Shown here one piece after another: positions 36,141 to 49,479 of a stretch of 64,000 bases of DNA. Under the pieces are notes generated by a model that searched no databases, was not told the origin of the DNA, and saw nothing but the letters and a program-made list of their open reading frames with translations. The stretch comes from Squalus acanthias (taxonomy: Eukaryota): assembly GCA_030390025.1 (NCBI GenBank), contig CM059429.1:32736001-32800000 (forward strand), written 5' to 3'. Made by a program: the position numbers and the translations under genes. Positions within the stretch are counted from its first letter, which is position 1. Every line of letters starts with the position of its first letter.

Positions 36141-39100
36141 CAAATTAGGCTGATTCTGACTTCTTACCCTTGCTGTAAAGTCTGTAAGTGTGGACATCAC
36201 GCACTTGCTGGCTTGATTCACAGGATGAGCTACCAGAGAGCAGCTGGCATCTGTAGAATTGTATCTCAGCTCGAGTCACTGCCTTCAGAAGAGGGCAGAG
36301 GAGCAGAGAATCAGAATAATCAATCTATCAAGTATTACTACATAACTTTTGCGCATACTAGTGAGAAAAATCCTTCTGCTGTACAGAATGACTTTTGTTG
36401 AAAGCAATCTGACTGTAAGGGAAAAGACTTGAATAATATATGTTGTTACTATTAAACAGATAGAAATCAGTCCAGATTAGTGCCACAGCAAGTGGAATTA
36501 TCAGTGTAATAGAACACCTAATGTATAGTATAGTGTTCACATGGTGAGTTCTTGATCCCAGCTGGACTGTTGGGAGATAGTATTATGCATAATACTACAG
36601 GGAGGAATGGAAGAACAACGATTGGTCACCCCAGGCTATGGCCATGCACCTCCTAGCAGCTGGTTTCACACCAGCATTCCAAATGGCCTGAGAGCCCATC
36701 GTCACACCAGAGGAATAAGGGCAGGGGCGGGGAGCACCTCAAAGAATGAAAAAATTGTATGGAAACTAAATGAGCTGGACTTCATAGTGAGAGCTGTCTG
36801 ATTCAGCTGCAGCATTGTGTGCCATGGGTGGAATTTGAAGACCCAGACTGTGCAAGCAACTCAAACTTTATCTGAACCCCCCAGTATGTGGATTGATGCA
36901 TTTCAGTGGCATGGCTATTTGTTTATTTTATTTTGCTTTGTTTCTGTTATTGGTGCATCTTCAAAGTTGATGCCAACTACACTTTGTGACCTTACTGACA
37001 TTTGATGAAGTGTTGTCCATGCCAGTGAGATATTACAGAACACTTAACAATCGGAGAGGCACACACATGGACAAAGCCATTGTCTTTTAAGCCGCAGTAT
37101 AATAAATGTCTGGGTGTCCCTTAAAGGGATTTATAGAACATAAACTTTGTACTCATCCCTGGGACCTGATATCAGCTTTAAACTGATCCCATGAGATGTG
37201 AAATTTATACTTGTAGAGGGATTCACTCCTAAATCTTCAAAGCCTACTGTTCCAGCATGACCATCCAGTCTCCGCATTGCCCGGACAGTCTTCACTCTAA
37301 AGCAGAATCTAAAAGGGCTTTGTTGTCTCGTAAACTGTCTTGCAAGGCTATTTACCAGGTCAATGAACAGAGATCATACTGATCAACGATACAATAATAT
37401 CTGCCATCAACTTTTTAAATCAAATTTTTTAAAGAAACCCTTAACAGTAAAATAATAATATAAGACTCCCACTAAGAAAGTTCACAGGACAGTGGATATA
37501 GCCATTACCACACAAACTGCATCTCATGAACAACAAAACAATGTTGGAGTTCAGATTGCCCCAGCACTCCCTGATGAATTGACAAATACCCCCACCCTTT
37601 ACTTTACATGAATATGATCCACACATGGGTTTCTGTGCATAATAGAGGGTATTTTCCATATCTCTGACCATTTCAACCATCCAATTTAAAGACACGTGGC
37701 GATGCACATTTTACTTGTATCACAAGCAAGTGAAAAAAATCGAGAGCTTGTAACTGTTTCAGTGGTCTAACCTGCTACTGAAGGTTTGTTATCCCAGTCA
37801 TCCAGCTACTGTGCTTATACATTATCAACGCATGCTTCCGCTGCTTTTGTCCACAAAGAGGAAATGATAAGGCTTTAACTCGGTAACTTTTGAATTACCT
37901 ACAAATAATGTGCTAGATGAGGCAGACAGGATTGGGACATTTCATTTTGCAGGTGCACCACATGTAAAATATATGTAAAGTGCGAAGTATTGTTAAAGCC
38001 TATCAAAACTTTCTGGCCATTGTGATAGTGTAGACTCCTCTGATAAATGTGGGTTTGATTTATTATCCCCCGATACGCAATGTAGTGTCCCTGGGTGCAT
38101 GAGCAGGACAGCAAAAGATAGAGAAGAAAATATAGTGAAGAAAGAAGTTGATTTTATATAACCTTTTTATTTGATAAAGAGGAACCATTAAGCAGGGGGG
38201 AGCCACTTTACAAGGTTTTCAGACTTGATGAGTTCTGTAAACCTAACAGCAACTCTTGACAAGTCACTATTTTTTTCCAAAATAGTGATACTGATATCTG
38301 AATATTGAATATCCTTCCCCTTTACTGATTTTATTCACATAGCTCAGTGTAGATTGGAGCATTCTACAGTCTGGCTCTAGCCCTATTGTTTTCTAGTTTA
38401 TAGGATCCCTCAGATTAGTGCATGCAAAATGAACCGCAGTGAAATTATTGGCAATACAAAGGATTATTGAAGCATTTTGCTAACATTTAATAAATAATAT
38501 CAATTTAGAAAACCCACAGTCAACAGTGCTGAATTATGATACCGTCTGAGGTACTTTAAGGTATATTGATGGCACATGGAAAACGAGATAAAGACTGTGT
38601 AGAATTCTGCAATATTACTAAGGTGTTGGTTAAAAAAAATTGTCTGACCATAGTCCCATTGCTTTTTGATTAATGATCTGCACCTTCTGGAATCCCAACT
38701 ACAATGTCAACATCAGAAATTAACTTCCTTTGTTATCCTGGAAAACAAAACCCCTGAGAAATCATTATTTTTGAATTTAAAGTAGAACAAACAATAACTA
38801 AAATGAGTTTGTATACTGCTGTTATATATCCATAGGAGAGTTCACTTGAAAGATTAAAACTTATACCATCGGCAATTAAATAGTGCTTTTGTGATAATAC
38901 CTTATTATGTTATGTTCCCCTGACAGAATTTAATAGAATTTAGTGTGAGTATAGATTTCTAATACAGAGAGTATAGTCAGGCATGATTAGAGGAACAGTG
39001 GATGCCTGCCCTGTGTGGTGAGTGCCCCCTAGTGTCTATTCAGTGCATCTGCAGCATATTGTATTCTAAAATTGACAATGTGAATTGAAAGACATATGGC

Positions 39101-40624
39101 ATTGGGGATAAGAATTTGTTTCACAAAACTGAAATTCTTACTTGTTTTACGATAACAGTGGTTTTTTGAAAGTGGTATCAAAGTGGCATGGTGCCACGGT
39201 GGTACTGCCAGCTTATCCACAGTGCCATAACATGGTAGCATTGGTCCATTATTCCCCACGGATTGAAGTCCCGATCTTTCCTGTCCCACTGGGGAAAAAC
39301 GCCATGCAGAGGCTAGGTATTCCTCCACAGAAAAAAGAATGAAATTCAGAGAGCAAGCTCTACAAACCTGTTGGTGGTCATTTGAAGTGTGTCACCAACA
39401 GCAGCTTCAGGGAAGTTCTGTAGGCCCATTCTGTCGGCCAACAAATGGTGCACAGCACAGGGGGAGAGGGGGGAAAAAACATTTTAGAAGTATAAGTAAG
39501 TTTTATTTCTTAGATGACTTCAAAAGTGCAGAGATTTAAAATTACACACTTTTCGTACTATCCGAGGACAGCTTTGCTGCAAAGGTTAGGGTTCACTCTT
39601 GTCTGGCATTATCATTGGTTGTACCAAATCGAAGCTTATTACTATGCTAAAAGCTGAACATTCCTGCCAATCACAAAGCCAGGAATGAGCAGAGCAGTGG
39701 TCAGTGGGATTTGTAAACAAAATACACGACCAAGGGTCTCGACCTTAGTTACAAAAATAATAAAAGTCTGTTAAACTTCTGGTGTCATTGTTTATCGATA
39801 AATTGCCCAGTTTAACTCTAGAACCTGAAAGACTTTAAGATGGGCTTTGCATGTAAAATACTCTGTCATAGATCAGCACTGAGCCTAAGCAACACTTTGT
39901 ATTGGATCAAGAAAGAAAATAGATTTGGAACTAAAATCCCCAGAAGCCTAGGATTCCAGCCATATTAGTACTGCACTTAAATATGCTGCTCAGCCGTTCA
40001 GTAACCTGGGTTGTTTATCTGTCTGTATTGAGTACACAGAAGAGTTTAGGGTATTATCCCAGTGAATATATGTGAAAAGCTCAGTGAGACTGCATTTGGT
40101 TCCTGTTCATCAGTTTGAGAGGCATTACCTCTGTAAAGCAAACACATTTACAGTCCAGCAGCTCTCAATATTGTCTAACATTTTTTGATATTAAAAGTAA
40201 ATATTGCTAAATTATCATTGAGAAAGGAATGGAACAATCATTTGCTGCACAATGTCCTACGTTCACAGATTAGGAGTGGTATTGCCAGTGGATAGGAATC
40301 ATTGTCTGAAATGAGAAGATAATGTCCTGATTTATAAATTCTTATCATTATCCTAAACTAGTAAAATTTCTACATTAAATAGCACAGTTCAAGTTGAGAA
40401 TATTAGTTGTTTGTCAGGAATCTATTTTTGATTTGGAACTATTTTATATTGCGGAGATTTTCTTGGGGAAAACTGCTGTACCAGTGACTCTCTGTACCAG
40501 GTCTAAATCAGATTTCTCTGAAAACGAAAACTATAACAGATTTATCTTATTACTGTAATGCTATATTCTATGTTACTTTACAGAATGTTAGTTGCCTTTA
40601 TTTTAATCACATTTAATTCCTTTA

Positions 40625-40946
40625 TTCCCTCTTTCCTCTCCTCCTTTCCTGAAAACACTGCCTCTTGCTGGGGTACAGTTACACAGTGCCGCCAGCCTTC
40701 CAGCATCTCACCCAAGTGGCTATTCTTCATTTACTTTTAAAATTAGGGAGCTTAGCCAATGGGTTTCCACAGGCTATTCAACCAGTGAAGGAATCACAAC
40801 TGGGCCTGATACTATTCTCAACTATTGCTAACATGTGCACACTTTCCAGCGGGGGTCTCTGCATAGCTATCAGGATTGGGAAACTCAGCATTTTTTTTTC
40901 TGTTTTGTTCTCCCTCACCCTGGGGCACCAAGGCCAATTGTAGTGC
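40625..40946 (-). mobile_element. tRNA-derived SINE (family B)
   Basis: Reverse complement of the body of 53360-53660. Confidence 0.6.
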
Positions 40947-41143
40947 CTCTGAGTCAGAAGTTTGTGGGTTCAAGTCCCACTGCAGGACTTTGAGTGCATA
41001 ATTGAGGCTGCCACTTCAGTGCAGTACAGGTAGTGCTGCATTGTTGGAAGTGCCATCCTTCGGATGAGAATTTAAACCATGGCCTAGTCTGTCTGTGCCG
41101 GTGGAGATAAAAGAACTCATCGCATTATTCAAAGAAGGGCAGA
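40944..41143 (+). mobile_element. DeuSINE (SacSINE1-like) 5' part
   Basis: GAGTCAGAAGTTTGTGGGTTCAAGTCCCACT head and CAGTGCAGTAC...GTGCCATCCTTCGGATGAG; reverse complement of 49815-49953. Confidence 0.7.
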
Positions 41144-42354
41144 GATTTTAACAGGTGCAAATTGAGGTGCACAGAAAGTTGGGCCAGTTCTCTGATCTGC
41201 TCACCTGTCAAGTGAGGCTCCACACGGGGAGCACAGTCTCACCATTTAAAATTTAATTCCCAAGGCTTGCTATTATTTGAATCTGAATTTGGCCTGTTTT
41301 TGTACTGCCTACGAACAGAGAACTCCGTCTCATATAGATGAATAATTTTGCTGCTACCGCTACTTCCAGTCACCCACACATAGAGAAAAGGTGACACAGC
41401 TCACTCTCCCTCCTCGCTTAGGCTCTGCAGAACTGTGGTGATTTATGGGAAATTAAGAATATCAGAGAATGTTTTTTTTGGCCGTTATTATTTTAGTTAT
41501 TCCCCCAGGTATAAACCGCTAACATTGTTCTACAAAATAAATCAGCCTTTTTTTCTGCTCTGGTCAATAACTTTATAGGTTAAAGAATGGACTAAAATGT
41601 TCTCTCTTTGTAAAGCCATCCTGTGTGCTTATTGTGTTTTAATGCGTATGGACATATTGCATTTGGTAAGTGAACCCTTTTTGTTTGTGAAAGTCTCTTG
41701 ATTCTTTCGATATGCAGATGCGGTTGGTTAGAGTGCAGCTTTCATTTTACCTCACGTATAGAAGTGATCCTCCATCTACCACCTGAGCAGCAATTAGACT
41801 GCTGCAGAAAGTTGAGCTGAATAAGCCAACGCTGTGGCTAGCCTTCTACTTCTGCCTCAGTAAAGAATAAATCGTCTCCATTTCCTCCTTTTTTTTGAAG
41901 TAGCCCTTTTACAAAAAAAAACATGTTTGTAGTCAGCCTTAGATTAAGAGAGCTTGTTTTAATGCGAGCCTGAGCTTTGCTTTCTTTGGTGTAACACTGC
42001 AGCTGCTTGATGCTGGTTTTTAAAAAGAAAAGTCCAAATATTTTCTCAATTTTAAAACTGTACCTTTCACTAAGTCACACTTAAAAAGCATAATTACATC
42101 TGTCAGGACCCTAGCTTAGTTGGGCGTACTTATCATTAGAATATGAAAAATAATCCAGGTTTATGCATGGCAAGATAATACATGCCCTGAGCCTTGGCAA
42201 AATACATTTTTATTGCTTGATTAACATTAGGGAAAGTGGCACATTTTCTTTGTTCTTTAACATAGCCCCATGTTTTAGAAATGTCAATACTGTACCTGGG
42301 ATGTATGGATGCAGACCACAATAAGTCATGTTGAGCTATTGAGTAAAGGTGAAA

Positions 42355-42440
42355 TAGATAATTACATGGAATTGACAGCACAGGAACAGGTCACTTGGCC
42401 CAACCAGTCTTTGCCAGTGTTTATGCTCCCCATGAGCATT
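42355..42440 (-). mobile_element. CR1 3' end fragment
   Basis: Matches 30010-30082. Confidence 0.65.
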
Positions 42441-42627
42441 AGATAAAGAAAAGATGTTTAAAATTATAATCTTTAAAATTATTGCATCTGTTTAAACAAT
42501 CATTAAAAGATGTACCTATTTGCTTTCTGCCATCTGCAACATAATTAAGATAATTTAATTAGACTGCTCATTGCATGAAAACAGTTACATTGCCTGAAGT
42601 CAGATATATGTGGCTACACAGGTCTGT

Positions 42628-42830
42628 CAGTTGAATTCTTTGAAGAAGTAACAGAAAGAGTAGATGAGGGCAATGCAGTGGATGGTGGTATACATGGACT
42701 TTCATTGGGCCTTCGATACTGCACCACATAAGAGACTTATGTTAAAGGGCAGGGCGGGTGGAGTCAGGGGCCAGGTAGCAGAATGGATTGAAAGATGGCT
42801 ACTGAACAGAAAACAGAAGGTTAGGAGTTA
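42628..42830 (+). mobile_element. CR1 reverse transcriptase fragment
   Basis: EFFEEVTERVDEGNAVD/VYMDF..AFD..PHKRL...GVRGQVAEWIERWLLNRKQKV with a frameshift. Confidence 0.85.
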
Positions 42831-42967
42831 AAAGAAGTTTAAATGGAAAATCATTTTTAAGATTGTTTCTTTAAAATATTATTTTAATTACTTGTAGTCA
42901 GTTACATAGTTTCTACCTAATAATAACCATTTCTAATCTACGACTAATATTAAACGGGAACTTGTTA

Positions 42968-43095
42968 AAAAAGAACTTTCATTTATATAGACCATTATCA
43001 CATCTGAAGTGCTCTGCATAGAATGAATCGCATTGTGTAATTATTCTTGTTACGTGGCTAAATAAGGCAGCCATATTGCGCAGAACAGGATCCCT
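42968..43095 (-). mobile_element. DeuSINE-type 3' fragment
   Basis: Degenerate match to 49570-49705. Confidence 0.45.
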
Positions 43096-43149
43096 GACTG
43101 TTTCTGTGAAGCTGTCAAACACTGACATTCTGTGTAGTTTGATGAGTCC

Positions 43150-43704
43150 TTATGTTCAGGACTCATCAAACCTTCCTACTTTGCAGAAATCAGCTGGCTG
43201 TTGTATCGGAGGATACAACAGCCAGTCTGTGATCTCTACAATGGAGATGTTGGGGACTCCGGCTCCACAGCTGCTGAAGGCTGTAGGTAGAAACAAAGGT
43301 AAGTTAACATTTTCTAACACTTTACACTCACCTCACATACTTACCACACCACACTTGCACCCATCACTCACCTCTACATCGCACTTTCAGACCCCTCCGA
43401 CCCCCGCAGACCTCCTACTCGCCTCCTACACCCCGGCGGGGTTCCCCCAGGTCAGGAAGCCCACACTTCAGGACGAAAAATCCTATTTTCTGCCTGTTAA
43501 CTACCTGTTAACAGACAGTTAATAGGCTTTAATCCCTTCCCGCCTCCAAGGAGATGGGACCCGGGGCAGGACGGCTTCCCGCCTCCTGGCAAGAGGGCAC
43601 GGAGGCGGGTTGGGGGCGGATTTGCCACCCGCCCCCAAATTCTGCAACTTGCCCGACAGTCCTGCCTCCATACCCGCCTCCTCGAGGCTGGTAAAATCCA
43701 GCCC
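43150..43704. mobile_element. Harbinger-type MITE fragment (right TIR GTAAAATCCAGCCC)
   Basis: GC-rich arm ending in a TIR-like sequence. Left end not identified. Confidence 0.5.
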
Positions 43705-43713
43705 TAAGTCTTT

Positions 43714-44285
43714 GGGGTACAATTGAAATAGGATCAGACGTAGGCTCCGGTTTTAACTGCCCCCACCTAGTTATTTAAACTGGGCAGGGGGGTGGTGGGT
43801 TGGCAGATAAAATAAAGGAATCACTTACCCCCACCGATCCCGCTTTCTTCCCAGCGTGCCCCCATATTAATCTGCTCTTTTTAGTGAGCAGGACACATGC
43901 AGGAAGGAAGTGGAGTCCTGTTTTGCAGATCGGGCCCAATTATGTCATCAGGACCTGATCTGCAATATCAATCTGGGAGCCGGATCCTGAGCCAGAAGAC
44001 ACCCAGAAGGTAAGTTTTAAATTGATTTTTCAGGCTCCTCCTGGCCTCAGAAGGAAGCCTTGGGCCACCCTTGTGCCACCTTTGTGCCACCCTTGGGCCA
44101 CCCTTGGGCCACCCTTGGGCCACCCTTGTGCCACCTTTGTGCCGAGCTACCTCTCCTCCCGACGATTGTGGCAAGACCCCTGACTCTCGATCACGGCCAC
44201 GAACTCTTGCCCCCCCCCCCCCCCCCCCGAAATCACGGCTCCGAACTCTCAGTTTCCCCCCCATCTCGATCGTGACCCTGACCTG
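43714..44285. mobile_element. Harbinger-type MITE fragment
   Basis: Starts GGGGTACAATTG. Contains the palindrome TGCAGATCGGGCC...GGACCTGATCTGCA and the CTCCTCCTGGCC motif shared with the 51.2, 54.3 and 55.8 kb elements. Confidence 0.5.
44058..44145. repeat. 11-bp minisatellite, 8 units
   Basis: Units CCTTGGGCCAC, CCTTGTGCCAC and CTTTGTGCCAC. Confidence 0.9.
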
Positions 44286-45871
44286 ATGTGTTAGGAGATA
44301 TTATCAGCTAAGGCAGTTTGAAATGGTTTATCAACTACTTTCCACCTGTATTAAAAGTGCATGTTAAAATAAGTGCAAGGCAGCTCATTGCTTTCCTAAC
44401 ATAAGTGGGCTTGTGATTTTTGTAAGCCAAAGCATCACCAGTAACTTGCTGTCATTGGTAAGATACGTTATTTGGTTTTGTCAGGGTACAATCCCTGAAG
44501 CAATAATCCCTGAAGCAGTGTTGTCAATTGTTCTTAAAAGCTGCAAGGTACTGACAGCCATTAATTGACAATCCACTGGAGTGTATTATGGTTTTTATTT
44601 TTCATTTGAATGAATTGTCACTTACTTGAGCAGTGAAAATGACATTCGCTCCTGTAGAATAAATATCCTGATTCTTAAAACTCAATTATCCAGTTGCAGT
44701 TCTTTTGGGTTTATTAATTGAATTTGTTTCTACATGAGAATGGACTGTAATCTCCGTGTACCTGACCCTCTGCAGCTTGGATGCTTTTGACTCTAGATTC
44801 TGCACATGCCCAGCAGCAGGGATCCCTGGGACTGTCTCCAATTTTCTGTTGTTCAACTGACTTAGAAAGGGTTTAACCTCAGGCTACATCTCAAACAGGT
44901 GTTCTGAAAAATTAATATTGATGCGGCCATGAATTTCTTCTCTGCAGATGTCATCCCAGCAAAATTCATGTCCAGCTAAGTGTTAAGTTGGTAGCTAGGC
45001 TGCTTCTAAACACTGAAACAAGAGAACTCTGTGGAAATACTTCCAAAGTCAGCAGTAGAAATGAGTATTTTCCATCCATTTATCAGAATCAGCCGAAAGC
45101 CCATAAGACAAGAGATGCCAGCTCTTCAATTCTAGTGTACAAAGCACACATTGCCTTAACAAAGGTTAATTTAGTGCAGGTTATCAACAAGATGGAGTCA
45201 GCACAGCCTATGACTAATGAAGTGGTAGTTCAGGTCACAAATGTGCAGAAAATTAAAATGTTAATTCAAGCATTGCTGAAAATGTGATGATGAAGACAGA
45301 TTAACCTCTCTAATGGATAACGTTAGGGCCAGTGCAGCACCTAAGTATATGCTAGCTTCAGAAGATGATTATAATCTATGCTCTTAATATAGAGGAATTA
45401 CAGTCATTGAGGATAATATAGTTGATCCAGGTGATAAGAATACTCTAAAATTGAAAAGATCATGAACCAAACCAAGAGGGACTAATGGAAAGGTCCTCGG
45501 AAAGCTAATGTAGTACATAAATAAGAGCTCAAGGAACAGGGAAGGACCCTGGCAGAGAATATGGCATGTTTTTATTTCAAGGTTATTTGTATTTCTTTTC
45601 TTAGCAAATCTGAACCCTTCGCTTTGAATTCATAACATGTAAGATTACTGAGTTGCAAAGGGTCTTTAAAACAACATTTTTAACATCTGTTTAACAACTC
45701 AGTAAAAAAATTAAATCTTAAAAAACTGCAATGGTGGATAACCAGTATTAAAAAAAACCTCACAGCCCAATTCTATATTATCTCTGTTGGTACTAAACTT
45801 TGTCTCACATATTTGGGTACCCTGTGTTCTGTTTATTCCATGGTGCTGGCATTCTGTGTTCAACCACAACA

Positions 45872-45949
45872 GAACACCAGTGTGTTCACACTGACCTAAA
45901 ACCTTTTGGATGTCCTGACTGTAATAAGAGCTTTAATAGCTTCGATGAA
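45872..45949 (+). pseudogene. Isolated C2H2 zinc-finger-like fragment
   Basis: EHQCVHTDLKPFGCPDCNKSF fits HxxxH-linker-F-x-CxxC-x-K-x-F. It does not continue. Confidence 0.4.
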
Positions 45950-47624
45950 AGAAAAATCAGTTTCATTTTGAGTTTTCAGTTTCTGATGTGTGTTATAATT
46001 TTCGATTGTTTGTTGGCGAGCTTTTTTAAATCAAGAAACCAAAGTGAAAGGCCACTGCCTGCAGTGCAGGGCATCAGCGAGGTTGAAAAGAACCAACAAA
46101 AAGATAGAATCGAGATAAAGTGACTTTAAGTTGGGTTTTTTAAATTTTGAAGATTGCAGGAGGATGAAAAAGCTGAAGGCGTTTCACATCTTTAAGATCC
46201 AGTAAAAAGAGTTTGTGATTCGGCTGTTAAATGAGTTTTGAGTTCAACACAGTGGGGAGATAGGGAGGAGGAAAAGTGTGTAAGGTGGCATCTTTGGAGT
46301 TTAGAGGGGACAAAAGAGGAAAGTTCAGAGGAGCATTGACCATAATAGCATTAATTAAAATAGAGAAAGACAAGAAGGTTTGCAACAGAGATCAAGGCTG
46401 GAGACGAGAGGTCGGCCTATCAGATGATAAGCTATTTCTTGCATCCTGTCCAGGAGTTTGGGAGAGCTGCTAGAATTCAAGGGTTGGACAGACCAGGGCT
46501 TTAAAGGGTGTTAAGAGGTGTTGAGGGGAAAAGAAGTGTTTGGCATGAAAGAGGAAACTGAGCTTCTTGATGAAAACTTGAGCAAGGGAGGAAATGTGAC
46601 AAATAAAACCCTCTGCCATATATACTCGCTTTTAAGGCATTCTACACGCAAGACAACCTCCACTGTGTTTCAGCTAAAAGAAAACTTTCAAACAGCAGAA
46701 AATGACAGAACTACAACCAATTCAAATTTCAACTAGAATCCTGCAGAAGCTATCATTACAATCAGGCTCTCTCTGACTCCTGGTCTCACATTGCTCTGGT
46801 TCTCAGTTTTCCATTCCCTAACTGTGTTGGTGTGTGGCAGCGGCAGCACGGTCAGTATGCGCATTAAAAGGCATTTTATGCCTTTATTTTGGAGTGTTTT
46901 CTGTATCTCTCTTCCCCCCTCCCTCCCTATTTCTGAGGCTTCCCTCAGGTGAGGTGTCTATGATTGCTTAGGGGATGGGGGATGGAAGGAGGGATGAGAA
47001 GAGAAGAGCTTAAAAAAAAAGTTCAACTAATTACATTAAATGATATCCAATGAAATTACTCAGAAACACTGTCATGTTCATAACATTTCTATCTTAAATC
47101 TTGCAGGCAGAAATATATAAACAGTTTATTCAGTGTCTATTGTGGTAACCTGAGAATATGGAATGGAGGGGTTTTGAGTTTGAAGTAGTCCTGTTGGAGA
47201 TCTATAACACCAGGACTGTTTCAGCACCTCACAGAGTTCAGGATGACAGATCTTCAGTGGATGATTTGACTAATATGTTGTAAAAAGATCATGCCATCTG
47301 GCTATTCCTTTGAAAAGCAGATGACTGACCGGATCAGGTTTTTATTAAGGTAAACGAGACAAGTGGCAAAATCCTCTGAAGTAAAAATCTAGCTTGAATC
47401 ATTTAACAGCCCAAAGCATAGGGGCAGAAGACCTAGAATGCAATTGTTATTAATACCTAGTTTCTCAATAGTGCACTTTTAACAAGTGATTCTTATCACA
47501 ACTGGTTAAGACCTAAAAGCCCTGCAGTACCTGTATGGGTTTACACACATGAAAAAAGGTCTGCAATTAGATTTTTTTTTGTTTAATTAGACACTATCTT
47601 GTCCTTTGTCAAAAACCAACAGTT

Positions 47625-47880
47625 GCTTTTTATTACATCACCCAAGTGACCAGTGTTTGTATTTGAACTTTGACAGTGAGTGCTGGCAGGCTATTCAACT
47701 GCAGGGGGTATACATTGGAGGTCAGTCCGGCCCTCGCCCAATATCCACTACCTTACGTAACCCAGTGTCATTGGGGCCAATCATAGTGCTCCTACAGCCA
47801 CCCCAGTTGAGACCAGCTAATGCAACACAGACCAGTGATTGAACTTGGGAACCGTCTGGTCTGTATGCCACAGCTACTCA
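47625..47880 (-). mobile_element. tRNA-derived SINE (family B)
   Basis: Reverse-complement similarity to 53250-53580. Confidence 0.55.
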
Positions 47881-47882
47881 TT

Positions 47883-48292
47883 GTCCCCGAACACCTCGAT
47901 TTTAAAATTCTCATCCTCGTGTTCAAATCCCTCCATAGCTTTGCCCCTCCCTACCTCAATAACCTCCTCCAGCCCTACAACCCTCTAAGAATTCTGCAAT
48001 CCTCCAATTCTGGCATTCCCGACTTCCTTCACCCCACCATTGGCAGCCGTGCCTTCAACTGTCTAGGCCCTATGGCCTGGAACTCCCTCGCTAAACCGTC
48101 CCACCTCTCCACCTCTCGCTTCTCCTTTAAGATGCTCTATAAAACCTACCTCTTTGACCAAGCTTTTGGTCACTTGTCCTATTTCTCCTTCATTGGCTCG
48201 GTGTCAATATTTTTGTCTGATTGTGCCCCTGTGAAGCGCCTTGGGATATTTTACTACATTAAAGTTGCTATATAATTGCAAGTTGTTGTTGT
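47883..48292 (+). mobile_element. L2 LINE 3' end
   Basis: LDFKILILVFKSLH..APPYL..LLQPYNP...AF...P.AWNSL; (TTG)n tail. Confidence 0.9.
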
Positions 48293-49479
48293 AAACTCAC
48301 TGAACCAACAAGGAATTGTTCCTTAAAATGCTTCTGATCTATTTTTCAGTCCTTCGCATGATGTTACCTGCGCAATAGCACAGAATATGGAAAATGAATA
48401 CCAGGAAACTTTGCAAGTATAATATGTCTCTAATGAAAGGTAAAATGTTTTTAATGTTTACCTTAGAGGTGACCTAACTGACCAAAGTAAGACATGTATT
48501 GGCCCATTGCCTTCACATTTCCACCTTCATTGGATAGTAAACAGAAGGTTCTATGTACCTTTACTTATCAGTAAATGCTAGGGGTGCTAGGGCAGAAAAA
48601 AACACAAGTGTAAATACCATTGAAACCAAAAATATTTAGCTTTATATTGTTGAAGTATTATATTTGGGAAATTAATTGAAGCAACAAAAGAGCTGTTCAC
48701 AAACATGGAACAAATGTAGCCGATTTTGTCAGTACCTTTAACAAAATCCATTTTGACCTCACTCATAAAAGCATTCAAAATTTCATGTCAATATTTACAG
48801 TTCCTTAAGGGCACAGGTTCATAGATCTTTGAAGATTTGTGCCTTTAGATATTCTGTGTAAGAGCCAAAAGAGAATTCTAACACGACAACCTTTTCCCTT
48901 TCATATGGGCATGGATTTGCAAAGTTGAGGGTTTGTGAAACTTTTTGTGTGTCCTCGGTTTTAAACTATCAGTATTTCCGCTTGTACTAGTGGAGGATTA
49001 TGGTCTTTGAAAACAGTAAAAGCAAGCAAACAACAAAAGAATTTCTACGCACAAAGCAGTCGATGAAGTCAGTTCTCTTACTGCAGTCACGCAGGCTGCT
49101 AACCACAATTTGTTTGCACCAAACATCAATCTGCACTTGTGATTGTTACTGTACACCTGCATGCAATTTCTCAAGTTCACCTGCCTCTGGCTAACTATAT
49201 TTGAAACTGTATTGATCTAATAATTCAGGTACTGGATTTCCACTCTGTTAAACAAGAATGCTCAATGAAGCATTACACTGGTAAACAAAAACAAAGCCAG
49301 CTGAGATAGCTATTAATTAATCAAAAACAAAGTGCAATAAAATGAACTGAAAATTGTGCATTTCTACTGTGTCTTTCTTTATTATTACAGATTTATACAT
49401 TTTCATTAAGTATTTTTTCTGTCACTGTCTTTTTATATGTGTATACCATGCGGAGCTCTGAATTAAAGTCTGTTAAGAT

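Noticed and set aside
37899-38090. Minus-strand exon candidate (pyrimidine tract + CAG ... GTAATT)
   Set aside because: All three frames contain a stop and there is no protein similarity. A non-coding exon cannot be excluded.
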